From Sedimentisphaeraceae bacterium JB056 (lineage in GTDB: Bacteria; Planctomycetota; Phycisphaerae; Sedimentisphaerales; Sedimentisphaeraceae), in the NCBI GenBank assembly GCA_044440125.1, contig JBITAJ010000003.1, positions 32,001 through 96,000 on the forward strand: a stretch of DNA of 64,000 nt. Direction: 5' to 3'. Each line of letters opens with the position of its first letter. Positions within the stretch are counted from its first letter, which is position 1. The translations under genes were made by a program, and so were the position numbers. The notes under the pieces were generated by a model, which had not been told where the DNA came from, did no database searches, and saw only the letters and a list, made by a program, of their open reading frames with translations. Below are positions 19,136 to 28,626 of the stretch, piece after piece.

Positions 19136-20584
19136 TCATCGTATATAATCCTCACCATTCATGCTGTCTACAACTGACTCAAGCCACTCCTTCAGGCCAT
19201 TCTTAAGCTCCTGATCTTTAGCAGGATTATCATCAACGATATTTTTTTCTTCATAAGGATCATTTTTCAGATTATACAATTCATACTCAATTTCACCCTC
19301 TTCATTTTCTTTTCGATGAAGTTTCCATGGCCAGTCAAGCCATGCAGAATGCCCCGGGAAACTGTCCTTTGGATACTGTTTTGTTATTTCTGCTGCATCC
19401 AAGTCCAAACCTCCAAGCTCAACCTCGTCCTCATTAACGGTATTCTGCTGTAATTTGAGCAGGTTGTTCATCCATTTCTCACTGTATACCAGCTTACCGC
19501 TTACAGGATATTCCCAGAATCCAATTGGTCTTGGGCGGGTTTCCAAATGTCCTTCTATCAAAGGCAAAAGGCTCAGTCCATCCAATCGAGGCTGTTTTTC
19601 TGCACTCAACCCTAAAATTTCAAGCAACGTCGGATAAATATCTACTGTGCTGCATGGCATATTAGTGGTTTTCCCCGGCTCTATTACACCAGGCCATTCA
19701 ATTGTTGCAGGCACCCTCAGACCGCCCTCATACAGCATGCCTTTATGTCCGCGGCCTCCTGTTTCGCTGAGACCCTTCAATCCTCCATTGTCACTGCAGT
19801 ACCAGAATATAGTGTTCTTCTCAATGCCAAGATAACGCAACTCGTCCCGCAGCTTGCCAACTGCCCTGTCGATTCCGGTTATTTCAGCATAAAAAGCCTG
19901 CTTTTTATCGGCATCAGGGTATAAGTCAAGATTCTCTTGCGAACCGGTATGCGGCAGATGCGGTGAGGGGAACCATACTACCGCAAAGAAAGGTTGTTCT
20001 CCTTCAGAGTGTTTGCGTATAAACTCCAATGCGGTATCTGCCGTAACCATTGAGCTTTCACCGGCCTTCTTCACGGCTGTACCTTCACGACTGAGCACGG
20101 GGTCATTGTCAAAATAATTCGGCGCAGAAAGCCACTGGTCAAATCCGCTTGCACCCGGATTAACCGGGCTGCCCTTTCTTACCGAACCAATATGCCATTT
20201 ACCGAAATGGCCGGTAACATAACCTGCATCTTTAAGCACCTCGGCAATTGTGATTTCCTGAGGCCTCAATGTATGTCCCCATTGAAAACATCCCATTCGA
20301 TTTGGGTGCCGTCCTGTCATAACACTTGCCCGTGTAGGTGAGCACACAGGTGCCGCCGCATAAAAACGGTCAAATCTCAGACCGCTTTTTGACAACTCGT
20401 TCAGATTGGGAGTCTGCAATTCTTTATGCCCGTAATACTCTACATCCCCCCATCCCTGATCATCCGCCATACACAGTACAATATTGGGCCTTTGAGATTT
20501 ATCATCACCAAAAAGATTACTCACATCACTTAAAAGCAATCCGGTAATACCCGCTGAAATTTTGACAAAAGATCTTCTATCCAT
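19136..20584 (-). CDS. S1 sulfatase with Tat signal
   Basis: MDRRSFVK twin-arginine; ADDQG, CSPTRAS, GKWH, SDNG. Confidence 0.92.
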   Translation of the reverse strand: MDRRSFVKISAGITGLLLSDVSNLFGDDKSQRPNIVLCMADDQGWGDVEYYGHKELQTPNLNELSKSGLRFDRFYAAAPVCSPTRASVMTGRHPNRMGCFQWGHTLRPQEITIAEVLKDAGYVTGHFGKWHIGSVRKGSPVNPGASGFDQWLSAPNYFDNDPVLSREGTAVKKAGESSMVTADTALEFIRKHSEGEQPFFAVVWFPSPHLPHTGSQENLDLYPDADKKQAFYAEITGIDRAVGKLRDELRYLGIEKNTIFWYCSDNGGLKGLSETGGRGHKGMLYEGGLRVPATIEWPGVIEPGKTTNMPCSTVDIYPTLLEILGLSAEKQPRLDGLSLLPLIEGHLETRPRPIGFWEYPVSGKLVYSEKWMNNLLKLQQNTVNEDEVELGGLDLDAAEITKQYPKDSFPGHSAWLDWPWKLHRKENEEGEIEYELYNLKNDPYEEKNIVDDNPAKDQELKNGLKEWLESVVDSMNGEDYIR

Positions 20585-20594
20585 TATAAACTTA

Positions 20595-21848
20595 CTAAGC
20601 TTTCACTAATTCTCTTATTAACTTATTCTCTAATTCTGCTGAACTTGGAAAGAAATTATAGCCACTGCAATTGAAAGGTTTGGTCTCAACGGCCCAATCA
20701 AAACCACATTCCGAAAAAAGTTTACCCTGTTTATGAGCTAATTGAATATCTTCATCTATACCAGCTAAAACTCTTTTAGTCGTATCAAAATAAGGTGACT
20801 TTTGAATGTAGATATCATCTATTCTTTCAACACCACCACTTGATTCATAAGCACTATTAACAGTAAGCGTAAAAGCTCTGCAATTTTTAATATCTGCACA
20901 AAAATCATTATCTGCGCACAAGGTTTCAGCAATACTCCTGAGCATAAAAATTCTGTGCTCAGATTTATCCTCAAACTCCTCAACTACCTTATCGTTAACC
21001 TTGATGATGCAATGTTCAAAATCCGTGTATGTTATCACTGCTTTTTCACATTCAATCACAGTCTCAACACAAGAGTCATTTTCGCAGCAGTGAGTAGTAT
21101 TCATAATAATCTCTACTCCTTGGTCAGTAACAACTCTGATACTGCAGGTATCCTCACCTTCTATATCATGGATGCTGTAAAGTTCAGCCTGAACGGTCTC
21201 AGGGACAGCCATTGACATTTGCTTGTCAGAAGCAAGATATAAGCTGTTAGAAACCATATGGGCAAGGGCATTATTTATAGAACCATCAAGAACCCATCTG
21301 TCATTACACTTAGCCTTCCCTCCCCATTCAGTGTTCTTATAGTAAGACTCATATCTTATCCAGGCTCCAAAAGAACGAACGCGTTTAACCTTGCCGTATT
21401 TACCACTGCATATATAACGTTTTATTCGCTGCAAAATATAAGTATAAAGATATTGAAAACCAATTGCACCCTTTTTGTCGTTTTTTGCCAAACAATCTCT
21501 AAGATCATCATAATCCTGAATAACCGCTACCGGAGGCTTCTCAACGAAAACATTAAATCCAGCTTCAATACATTGCTTTGCAAGTTCATAATGGCTATAT
21601 ATAGATGTAGGAATAAATATCGTCTCAACCTTGCCTCTAAGCTCATTAAGCATCTTTGAAAGATCATTATGAATCGGTATATTTCTTTTAATGCACTCTG
21701 TAAGGCCCAAAGCTTTATATCCAGGCAAAGAATAAACAGCGACTATATTATAAACTTCAGGCAAATCCCACATACGTTTAATAATCTCAAAAGCATAGCC
21801 GCCGGCACCAATAAATGCAACATCTATTTTTTTTATATTTTCGTTCAT
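20595..21848 (-). CDS. Gfo/Idh/MocA family oxidoreductase
   Basis: GAGGYA, VEKPP, NNALAH. Confidence 0.85.
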   Translation of the reverse strand: MNENIKKIDVAFIGAGGYAFEIIKRMWDLPEVYNIVAVYSLPGYKALGLTECIKRNIPIHNDLSKMLNELRGKVETIFIPTSIYSHYELAKQCIEAGFNVFVEKPPVAVIQDYDDLRDCLAKNDKKGAIGFQYLYTYILQRIKRYICSGKYGKVKRVRSFGAWIRYESYYKNTEWGGKAKCNDRWVLDGSINNALAHMVSNSLYLASDKQMSMAVPETVQAELYSIHDIEGEDTCSIRVVTDQGVEIIMNTTHCCENDSCVETVIECEKAVITYTDFEHCIIKVNDKVVEEFEDKSEHRIFMLRSIAETLCADNDFCADIKNCRAFTLTVNSAYESSGGVERIDDIYIQKSPYFDTTKRVLAGIDEDIQLAHKQGKLFSECGFDWAVETKPFNCSGYNFFPSSAELENKLIRELVKA

Positions 21849-21899
21849 TGCAATCTCATTGTAAGCTGATACGCACGTATACGAAATCAGACAGTATCA

Positions 21900-22841
21900 T
21901 CATTGATTCATTTCCAAATTATAAACCTTAAAGTTGTCATACAAACCAGCCAAGTCCACCATTTGCCTCAACCCTATACGGCCCCCGGCTAATACTTCAC
22001 CGGTATCCACATCTTTCTTTACAACGTTATGAATGCCTTCCTCAGAGACAATGTCGTTAAATTTTTCATCAGTAAAATCTATAGCAAGCTCATCATCAAT
22101 ATAAAACTTGATGTTATTCTTTATCTTTACAAGCTTGATTTTATATGTCTTAAACTCAAATTCAGCGGCATCCATATCAAGGTCTTTTGCCGTGGGATCT
22201 ATGCCGTTAGCAAGACAAAAAGCACCGCTGTTTTTTCTTATATTACAAGTCCCCCTCTTGTTGCCGGTAGCATTTGCCCAGTATGATATGTGATAGCAAT
22301 TTATATCACTGTATATATACTGAGAAAAGACTCCATATCTTTTTTTGAGGCTATCGGAAAGCACGTCCTCTCCATTTATTCCTTTGGCACTAAAAAATAA
22401 AATTCCAAGGCCAATAGGAGAAAGCGGCTTAAAATCGTACTCAACCATATAATTTTCACCTGTCTGAAAAGCCTTGTTCCAACATACGATATGACCGCCT
22501 ACTACCTTACCCTCGTCGTTACTGACCTTATCTATCATGTCAGGATTATATTTCTCAAGTGCCTCTTTCACGGCAGGATAATATTCAGTATGAGCCTTAA
22601 GAATCCTTCGGCCGCACTGTTCCCATTTTTGATAAACCGCCTGCTGCCCATCCGGCAAGAGCATCATCTTGTCTTCTACAAGAATTGCCCTGCCCGGGCC
22701 TTCAAGAACCCAATCATCCAGATCTTTGATGTTGCTGAAATCATTTTCGTACACTAATGTCTTGCTGTAATTATCCATAGAACCCGCACCCAATACTATA
22801 CTGCACATTGTAATTATTAAAATCGTCATCAAATTTTTCAT
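21900..22841 (-). CDS. Secreted DUF1961 (YesU-like) ConA-fold protein
   Basis: YENDF...W..EG, YHISY, CNIRKNSG, GGRIGLRQM; signal peptide from ATG 22841. Confidence 0.7.
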   Translation of the reverse strand: MKNLMTILIITMCSIVLGAGSMDNYSKTLVYENDFSNIKDLDDWVLEGPGRAILVEDKMMLLPDGQQAVYQKWEQCGRRILKAHTEYYPAVKEALEKYNPDMIDKVSNDEGKVVGGHIVCWNKAFQTGENYMVEYDFKPLSPIGLGILFFSAKGINGEDVLSDSLKKRYGVFSQYIYSDINCYHISYWANATGNKRGTCNIRKNSGAFCLANGIDPTAKDLDMDAAEFEFKTYKIKLVKIKNNIKFYIDDELAIDFTDEKFNDIVSEEGIHNVVKKDVDTGEVLAGGRIGLRQMVDLAGLYDNFKVYNLEMNQ

Positions 22842-22871
22842 TTCACGAACTTCCCTCATCTAATGACGCAG

Positions 22872-24794
22872 TTAATAACCACTATTTTCAGAGTTGATTA
22901 ACCAGTAGTTACTAAATATCAAAAAATCATAAGCATCGACGACACCGTCGCTATTCATATCTGTTTTTAATGATATAGTCTGAGGCTCAAAATCAAGTGT
23001 AAGCACTCTTTCGTCCTTTGTTATATCTACGACACCGCTTCGCCACTGCGAATTAATAAACGGGCTTTGGTACACAGACGCAGGCTGCGGGTTTATAGGC
23101 TCATCGTTGATGGTTGGAATATCATCGCTCTGAGCGTAAAACTTCAGCGTACCTCTTGACTGTATAGCCTCGTAAACAAATTCTCCGGTAACATCATTAT
23201 ATGAGAAGAAATTGTCCTTTACATCCACCTTAAATGCCGCTAAATCAGCATAATCGGTTTTAAGTGCAACTTCAAGCACAACAGGCGAATACTCTTCTCT
23301 CAGTATCATCCGGTTTTCACTCTCCCAGTAATAACCGCCAAAAGCCGGCTTAACGGCTGCATAACAATTCTGTACATCAGCAAACACCCAGCCACTATCT
23401 TCATAACGATACAGCCCTGTTGCTGTCGAGGAAAAAAACACTGTCATATCATCGGTATATGCCGAAGTGCTCAGCTTCTGCGTTATCATGGTTCCCTTGG
23501 ACTGCACTGACCATGTGGCGTTGTGAGTGGAGTAAGCGGGCGCAACAGTACCTCTGCAATCAGGGTATATTCTGGCGTCTGCATGACCTGAAAATATCAC
23601 ACCAACCCATCTATTTTGATGGCTTACTGTTGTCCAATCTTCTCTTGGACGCTTATTCATAAATAGAGAACCCATTATATAATCCGGCGTGCAAAATGTA
23701 TATTTGCTCAACCCTCCATTTTCAGGATCAAATGTATATATACTATCATCCAGACCATCGGGCCTTGGATTTAACTCAAGTCCAAGCTTTCGTGTTACTG
23801 CCTCATATGCCCCCCTGCCTTGAGTATCAAGAGCCATATCCATAACCACAAGCGGCATGCGGTAGCCGCTTGTAGCAAGCATCATCTGATTTGGATGTTT
23901 GCTACCGGCTGAGCCCTTTTCAACATAAAACCAACTGGAAGAATAAATACTGTCACCGCTGGCAGTTGTAGCATTATTGGGATAGAATCTTGTCTTCCCG
24001 CCGCCTCTCACACCTTCAAGCTGTTCCTGTGCCCAGTCAGCCCAATAAAGATCAAGTGTTTTTCCCGCGAGATCTTTAAGCTCAAGATCTGTTTCAAAAT
24101 CGTAAATATTATACCAGCCCATCATTGTATAGGAGTTATAACTGCTTGAAACCTCCACAACTCCACCGGCTCTGCCTCTCTCCCTGAAATATTCTTTATA
24201 ATATGCCTTCCATGCTGCATAATGCTCCGATATAGTAAACCCGTCATCATAGCTCATTGTGTTGTATGGAGCCGTACGGCTTAATATCCTTGCAGCACCC
24301 CAGCATGTAGCATCATTTTGAGAATCAATATTCTCACTTCCATAAATAAACCACGTACGTGACTGCTCGATCTCAGTATCAACTATCTTCGAATTGGCTC
24401 TGGCCCAATTATACAAAAGCTCACATATCTTCGCTTCTGAGTCTGCCGTAAGCCTTCCTGGCCAATACAGGCTATCGGCAGCAAAAAATTCATAAATTCT
24501 CGTAAGATGATTACCTGTCCACTCAAAATCCTGCGTAGATTCAGAATAAAGTGCGTATGCATCAGCTACTGCCTGATTCGCATCATCAAGCCTTGTGTTT
24601 TGGTACAATGCCGCAAGAGCAAAATTCAAATTTCCCCAAACACTTGTAGCCGGATCGGGATACGGATTAGCTATTTGAGAGTCAAGAACAGTATCTCTTC
24701 TCTGGTCAAAACCGTCGCGAACGGAAATAAGCTCCTGGTCAGTGAGTGCCAAAACCCAACTCGAACACAGCAATAGAGCTAATAATATACGCAT
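22872..24794 (-). CDS. Secreted protein of unassigned family (lyase-like, inferred) with C-terminal dockerin-like repeat
   Basis: Signal peptide; GSENID, WADWAQEQLEGVRGGGK and TPDY blocks shared with 28627-32610 and 33776-36376; DMNSDGVVDAYDF...WL at the C-terminus. Confidence 0.75.
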   Translation of the reverse strand: MRILLALLLCSSWVLALTDQELISVRDGFDQRRDTVLDSQIANPYPDPATSVWGNLNFALAALYQNTRLDDANQAVADAYALYSESTQDFEWTGNHLTRIYEFFAADSLYWPGRLTADSEAKICELLYNWARANSKIVDTEIEQSRTWFIYGSENIDSQNDATCWGAARILSRTAPYNTMSYDDGFTISEHYAAWKAYYKEYFRERGRAGGVVEVSSSYNSYTMMGWYNIYDFETDLELKDLAGKTLDLYWADWAQEQLEGVRGGGKTRFYPNNATTASGDSIYSSSWFYVEKGSAGSKHPNQMMLATSGYRMPLVVMDMALDTQGRGAYEAVTRKLGLELNPRPDGLDDSIYTFDPENGGLSKYTFCTPDYIMGSLFMNKRPREDWTTVSHQNRWVGVIFSGHADARIYPDCRGTVAPAYSTHNATWSVQSKGTMITQKLSTSAYTDDMTVFFSSTATGLYRYEDSGWVFADVQNCYAAVKPAFGGYYWESENRMILREEYSPVVLEVALKTDYADLAAFKVDVKDNFFSYNDVTGEFVYEAIQSRGTLKFYAQSDDIPTINDEPINPQPASVYQSPFINSQWRSGVVDITKDERVLTLDFEPQTISLKTDMNSDGVVDAYDFLIFSNYWLINSENSGY

Positions 24795-24818
24795 AATAAA
24801 AACCTTATTAAAGATATA

Positions 24819-24846
24819 AGATGGCGACTGCTATCAGCCGCCATCT
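24819..24846 (-). other. Intercistronic stem-loop (mRNA stabiliser or weak terminator)
   Basis: AGATGGCGACTG-CTAT-CAGCCGCCATCT; the single mismatch is a G-U pair on the minus strand. Confidence 0.5.
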
Positions 24847-24859
24847 GTATTAAATGATC

Positions 24860-27253
24860 TTAAAGCCTGAAATCTTCACAACCCTCAACAAACGGATCGC
24901 TGCATCCAAGCCAATCAGTGATTACATTATCAAGATCGTCTTCATTTACAAGACAGTCCTCATTGAAATCACCTGCCATATAGCCAAGGTCACCACAAGT
25001 CAGATTATCTACAAGTGTTATAGTGTTCCATGTGCTAAGATCTGTCATTGCCCATGTTTCATTACTGCCGTAATCGAGAAGGACACATTCTCTCTCACCA
25101 TCTGCATCATGATCCTGACAAGTAAAACCTATGCCGTGAACATCATTTATTTGCGGTGTATAAGCAGAACCGCCATTTACAGAAGTTAAATCGCTCCATG
25201 CAAACTTGAATTCAACAACATAACCATCGCTCAGCACAGAACCGGAAAGAACGGAATCATTGTATACAAGACCGCCGTTAACATTTATAGATCCATTAGC
25301 GGGTAAATTCCAAACAATAGCCTCATCAAGAAAGACTGCAGAAAGATTATTGTTAAGATTGAAGCTAAACTGCGGCTCATCAAGCCCAATAGCCGCCGAG
25401 AAGATATCATCATAAACTCTGCCTAAAACATAAAGACCTGAAGAATCCCATTTCATATACCAAAATAGGCTGTAGTCTTCTGGTGTCGGAGGTGTACCTA
25501 CAAGCCTTGTAAGGGTACCAGTATTTCCTTCATCAATAAGGTCCGGATATATCATCTCTATTGGCTTTGCATCATCCCATTCACCGGCTGATATTGTCCC
25601 ATCTATCACAGGCGTAACAGTCGCCTGCGGGACATTATAGTTTCCCGGTAACGGTATATCTCTGCTCTGAGCAGTGCTTGCACCTGAATCATCATAAGTC
25701 TGGAGCCATTCTCTGAACATCTCACTGTAGTCAAGAAGATCGACTGAGCAGTCTTCATTGAAGTCGGCAGGAGAGTATCCCCATCCACCACATTCAGGTT
25801 CAACCCACTGTGCAGGACCTACCCGCATCTCATCGATCCAGCCATTAAAGAATCTTGTATTATTGTAAAGACATCCAATATAAGTCACATCTCCTGCTGA
25901 TGTTTTCGCAAGTACATCGTCATTGTTGAATACCTTACCTTCAGGAGTGACCAATACATCATTGACGTAAAGTTTGATAGAACCACCATAAACTTCCAGT
26001 GCTACATGATGCCATTCAAACGGACTGGCATCAATACTTGAACCATAATAGTATGCTGGATAATAATGATTGCCATTCTCTGCATATAAAGTAAACCCTA
26101 AACGCCAGCTGTTTATACCAAGATCAGTACCGGCATCAGTTATGACCAATCTTATCTGCTGACGGCGGTTAAAAATATAATAATCGTATTGAGTACCCGG
26201 AGACTGATATATTGAATTCTCATCGATCTTAACCCATGCTTCAATACGCACGTTCATCGGATCGATAACAAGATTATCATCATCTATCAAACGGAAGTTA
26301 TCCCCTATACCATCAAAAGAATAACACTTATCAAAATCGGCATTATCAGCAGGGTATACATCTGGTGTAACGAGTATTGGGCCACCAGCAGCATCCTTAG
26401 CAACAGCAGTTGTACCGATATACTTCACAGGATCTTTATCTCTGCCTGGATTATCGGAATCGTCATCAATTGTGCCTTCAAAGCCAAGATCATTTGCATC
26501 AGCGTTGGCGTCCATATGGAGAAGCATATTGTAACCTATAAGATCTGTGTAAGGTGCCATATAAGCAGGCATTTCACCTGGAACAGACTCTATAGTAGTA
26601 ACACCGTCTGCAAGCGTAACCTGAATATCATGGTAAGGCTGAGAAGCTACAATATAACCGCTGGCAACATAACCATTTACTTCTGCAAGAATATCTGCCG
26701 AAATAATGATTTGACCCTCACCAACATTTATCTGACCATGTGAGTTCATGAATATATCCGCAGCATTTATTGTTCCTCCGTTTAACTCGACGATTCCGTA
26801 ACCGAGTCCGCCATAATACGCCGAAGGAACTGAAAAATTACCGCCACAGTTAAAGGTGCCGCTGTTCATCACCAGAGTACCGGTGCCTTTGGTACCGATA
26901 TTGGCATAACTGAGAGTATTTATCTCGCCGCCATCAACGGTTATAGTGCCGGTGGTCGCTTCAGTGTTGGCAATCTTTACAATATTGGCATTCAAAGTAC
27001 CTTCAACGGTAAGCGAACCACCCGGACTGCTTGCCGCTTCAACCTGGGTAATATTGGATGCTCCGGTATCATCGGAATATATCTTGGCCGGGTTGGTATT
27101 ACTGATAAACGCGTGAGTGCCGGCACTGGGCAAACTGTCCCAGTTGCCCGTATCAGTCCAATCATCGCTAACCGCACCACTCCAGGTGGAAGCTTGGGCA
27201 CAGAAACCCAATGCTAAAACAATACTCATCATTAAAACTACATTTTTTTTCAT
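24860..27253 (-). CDS. Secreted multidomain protein: beta-helix passenger-like, LamG, dockerin-like, CBM9/DOMON-like, dockerin-like
   Basis: ATG 27253 with AAGGAG; W...W....NW start and GTGTL repeats; WHHVA...FNGWIDEMR (LamG); PVIDG...EW and YVVEF (CBM9-like); two DFNEDC.V...WL repeats. Confidence 0.78.
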   Translation of the reverse strand: MKKNVVLMMSIVLALGFCAQASTWSGAVSDDWTDTGNWDSLPSAGTHAFISNTNPAKIYSDDTGASNITQVEAASSPGGSLTVEGTLNANIVKIANTEATTGTITVDGGEINTLSYANIGTKGTGTLVMNSGTFNCGGNFSVPSAYYGGLGYGIVELNGGTINAADIFMNSHGQINVGEGQIIISADILAEVNGYVASGYIVASQPYHDIQVTLADGVTTIESVPGEMPAYMAPYTDLIGYNMLLHMDANADANDLGFEGTIDDDSDNPGRDKDPVKYIGTTAVAKDAAGGPILVTPDVYPADNADFDKCYSFDGIGDNFRLIDDDNLVIDPMNVRIEAWVKIDENSIYQSPGTQYDYYIFNRRQQIRLVITDAGTDLGINSWRLGFTLYAENGNHYYPAYYYGSSIDASPFEWHHVALEVYGGSIKLYVNDVLVTPEGKVFNNDDVLAKTSAGDVTYIGCLYNNTRFFNGWIDEMRVGPAQWVEPECGGWGYSPADFNEDCSVDLLDYSEMFREWLQTYDDSGASTAQSRDIPLPGNYNVPQATVTPVIDGTISAGEWDDAKPIEMIYPDLIDEGNTGTLTRLVGTPPTPEDYSLFWYMKWDSSGLYVLGRVYDDIFSAAIGLDEPQFSFNLNNNLSAVFLDEAIVWNLPANGSINVNGGLVYNDSVLSGSVLSDGYVVEFKFAWSDLTSVNGGSAYTPQINDVHGIGFTCQDHDADGERECVLLDYGSNETWAMTDLSTWNTITLVDNLTCGDLGYMAGDFNEDCLVNEDDLDNVITDWLGCSDPFVEGCEDFRL

Positions 27254-27347
27254 TTCAAATCTCCTTGAAAAATTAAAATAGAACTTAAACATAACTGATT
27301 ACAAATCACATTCATTTTCACATCAAAATCTCCATTAAACAATATTC

Positions 27348-27416
27348 CTATTCTGAATATATAGAACTGATATCTGAAGAGCTTAAAGCAGCTTTATGTA
27401 TCCTTACATCATCAAT
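27348..27416 (-). pseudogene. Relic 3' end of a LamG-domain gene (IDDVRIHKAALSSSDISSIYSE*)
   Basis: Hand alignment gives 56/69 nt and 15/22 aa identity to the last codons of the gene ending at 28627; in-frame TGA immediately upstream. Confidence 0.8.
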
Positions 27417-27500
27417 TCAGTTCCATATCATCAAGCTTAACAGCAGACATTATCAATTTTCTGTAATCTAAAATTAAATCGGAAAAACAAAGTTCTCTTA

Positions 27501-28331
27501 TTAATACGGCTTCGTATTCAAATTCCTTGTAGGATGGAAATACTCAAAATAGTAATCCGCAGGCTCAGGGTCACTCAATGTATCCGCATAAGGCCAAAGC
27601 CCCATACTTGACGCATGACCATCAGCAAACAGATAGTTAATATTCTTGCCGTGGTTTGCCGCCGGCCCGCTTGCTGTATGCCTTAAACTGCGAATCTCAC
27701 CACCAGCCCAGCCGTACTGATAGAGACTGTAATCAGGATATCCGTAGCCAATGCCTTGAGAGACCGGTGTATAGATGTCATGATCCCAGAAAACAGGTAA
27801 AGTAGAAGGGTTTTTGATTGATGAGAACTTTGTCCACCAGAACTGCGGGAAGGATTTGGTCTTTGTATCGGGATTGTATGGGCAGGAGAAATGCACATTC
27901 AAAGTATACATATGACCGGGACCAAGATCTATTCTTCCATCGGAGCCCAAAAGGTTCTTATCATACCCAGGTCCTAACTTTGCGGCGGTTGTCTTATTCC
28001 ACTGGGTGGGACACATAAAAACCTTGAAAGTGTAGCGATCTTCACTGCCGCCAACGCCTCTGGTCTTGCCGTAATAAGCACCAAGCTGATCCCACCATCT
28101 GCCGCCGCCGTAATAACCATTACTAACCATCCTGCCGTCATTATCAGCTACATACAATGCAAGCATAGTACCCATATCCTTCAATTGAGAACTGCACTGT
28201 ATCTTTCGAGCCTGTTCCTTCGCCTTGCCGAGAGCGGGCATCATTATTGCCATTAATATCGCAATAATTGAAATTACAACCAGCAATTCTATAAGTGTAA
28301 AACCCGTTAATTTTCTTCGTTTTCTTCTCAT
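27501..28331 (-). CDS. Prepilin-type N-terminal methylation / H-X9-DG domain protein (DUF1559-like)
   Basis: Basic leader, G|FTLIELLVVISIIAILMAIMMPAL..A.E.AR...C, C-terminal HGKNINYLFADGH; start ATG 28331. Confidence 0.92.
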   Translation of the reverse strand: MRRKRRKLTGFTLIELLVVISIIAILMAIMMPALGKAKEQARKIQCSSQLKDMGTMLALYVADNDGRMVSNGYYGGGRWWDQLGAYYGKTRGVGGSEDRYTFKVFMCPTQWNKTTAAKLGPGYDKNLLGSDGRIDLGPGHMYTLNVHFSCPYNPDTKTKSFPQFWWTKFSSIKNPSTLPVFWDHDIYTPVSQGIGYGYPDYSLYQYGWAGGEIRSLRHTASGPAANHGKNINYLFADGHASSMGLWPYADTLSDPEPADYYFEYFHPTRNLNTKPY

Positions 28332-28410
28332 GTTAATTTCCTTAAAAATCAAGTTATAAACTTAAACAAAAGTGTTAAAAAACACGCTTGGACAACAAAA
28401 CCTTTAACAC

Positions 28411-28491
28411 ATTACAATAATTTCAATAATTACGATAAAAGCCATTAATTATCCATAAAACCAATGATATCACATAACAATTGTAATACAA
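28411..28491 (-). promoter_or_regulatory. Promoter/operator module of unit 3 (pilin-led)
   Basis: TTGTAT-N16-TATCAT; palindrome TTGTAATACAA over the -35; ATTACAATAATTTCAATAA repeat box downstream. Confidence 0.7.
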
Positions 28492-28501
28492 AGCAAAAAG
28501 T

Positions 28502-28543
28502 AAAAAAAATGCCCGAAAACTCAACAATTAAGCCTTCGGGCAT
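28502..28543 (-). terminator. Intrinsic terminator of unit 2
   Basis: ATGCCCGAA...TTCGGGCAT stem followed by a U-run on the minus strand. Confidence 0.8.
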
Positions 28544-28626
28544 CAGTAATATCAGGTTAGACTAACTTAAACTCCGAGTCATTATTATTTGACACGAAAG
28601 AACTGTTTAATCCACGCCAGAAACCA

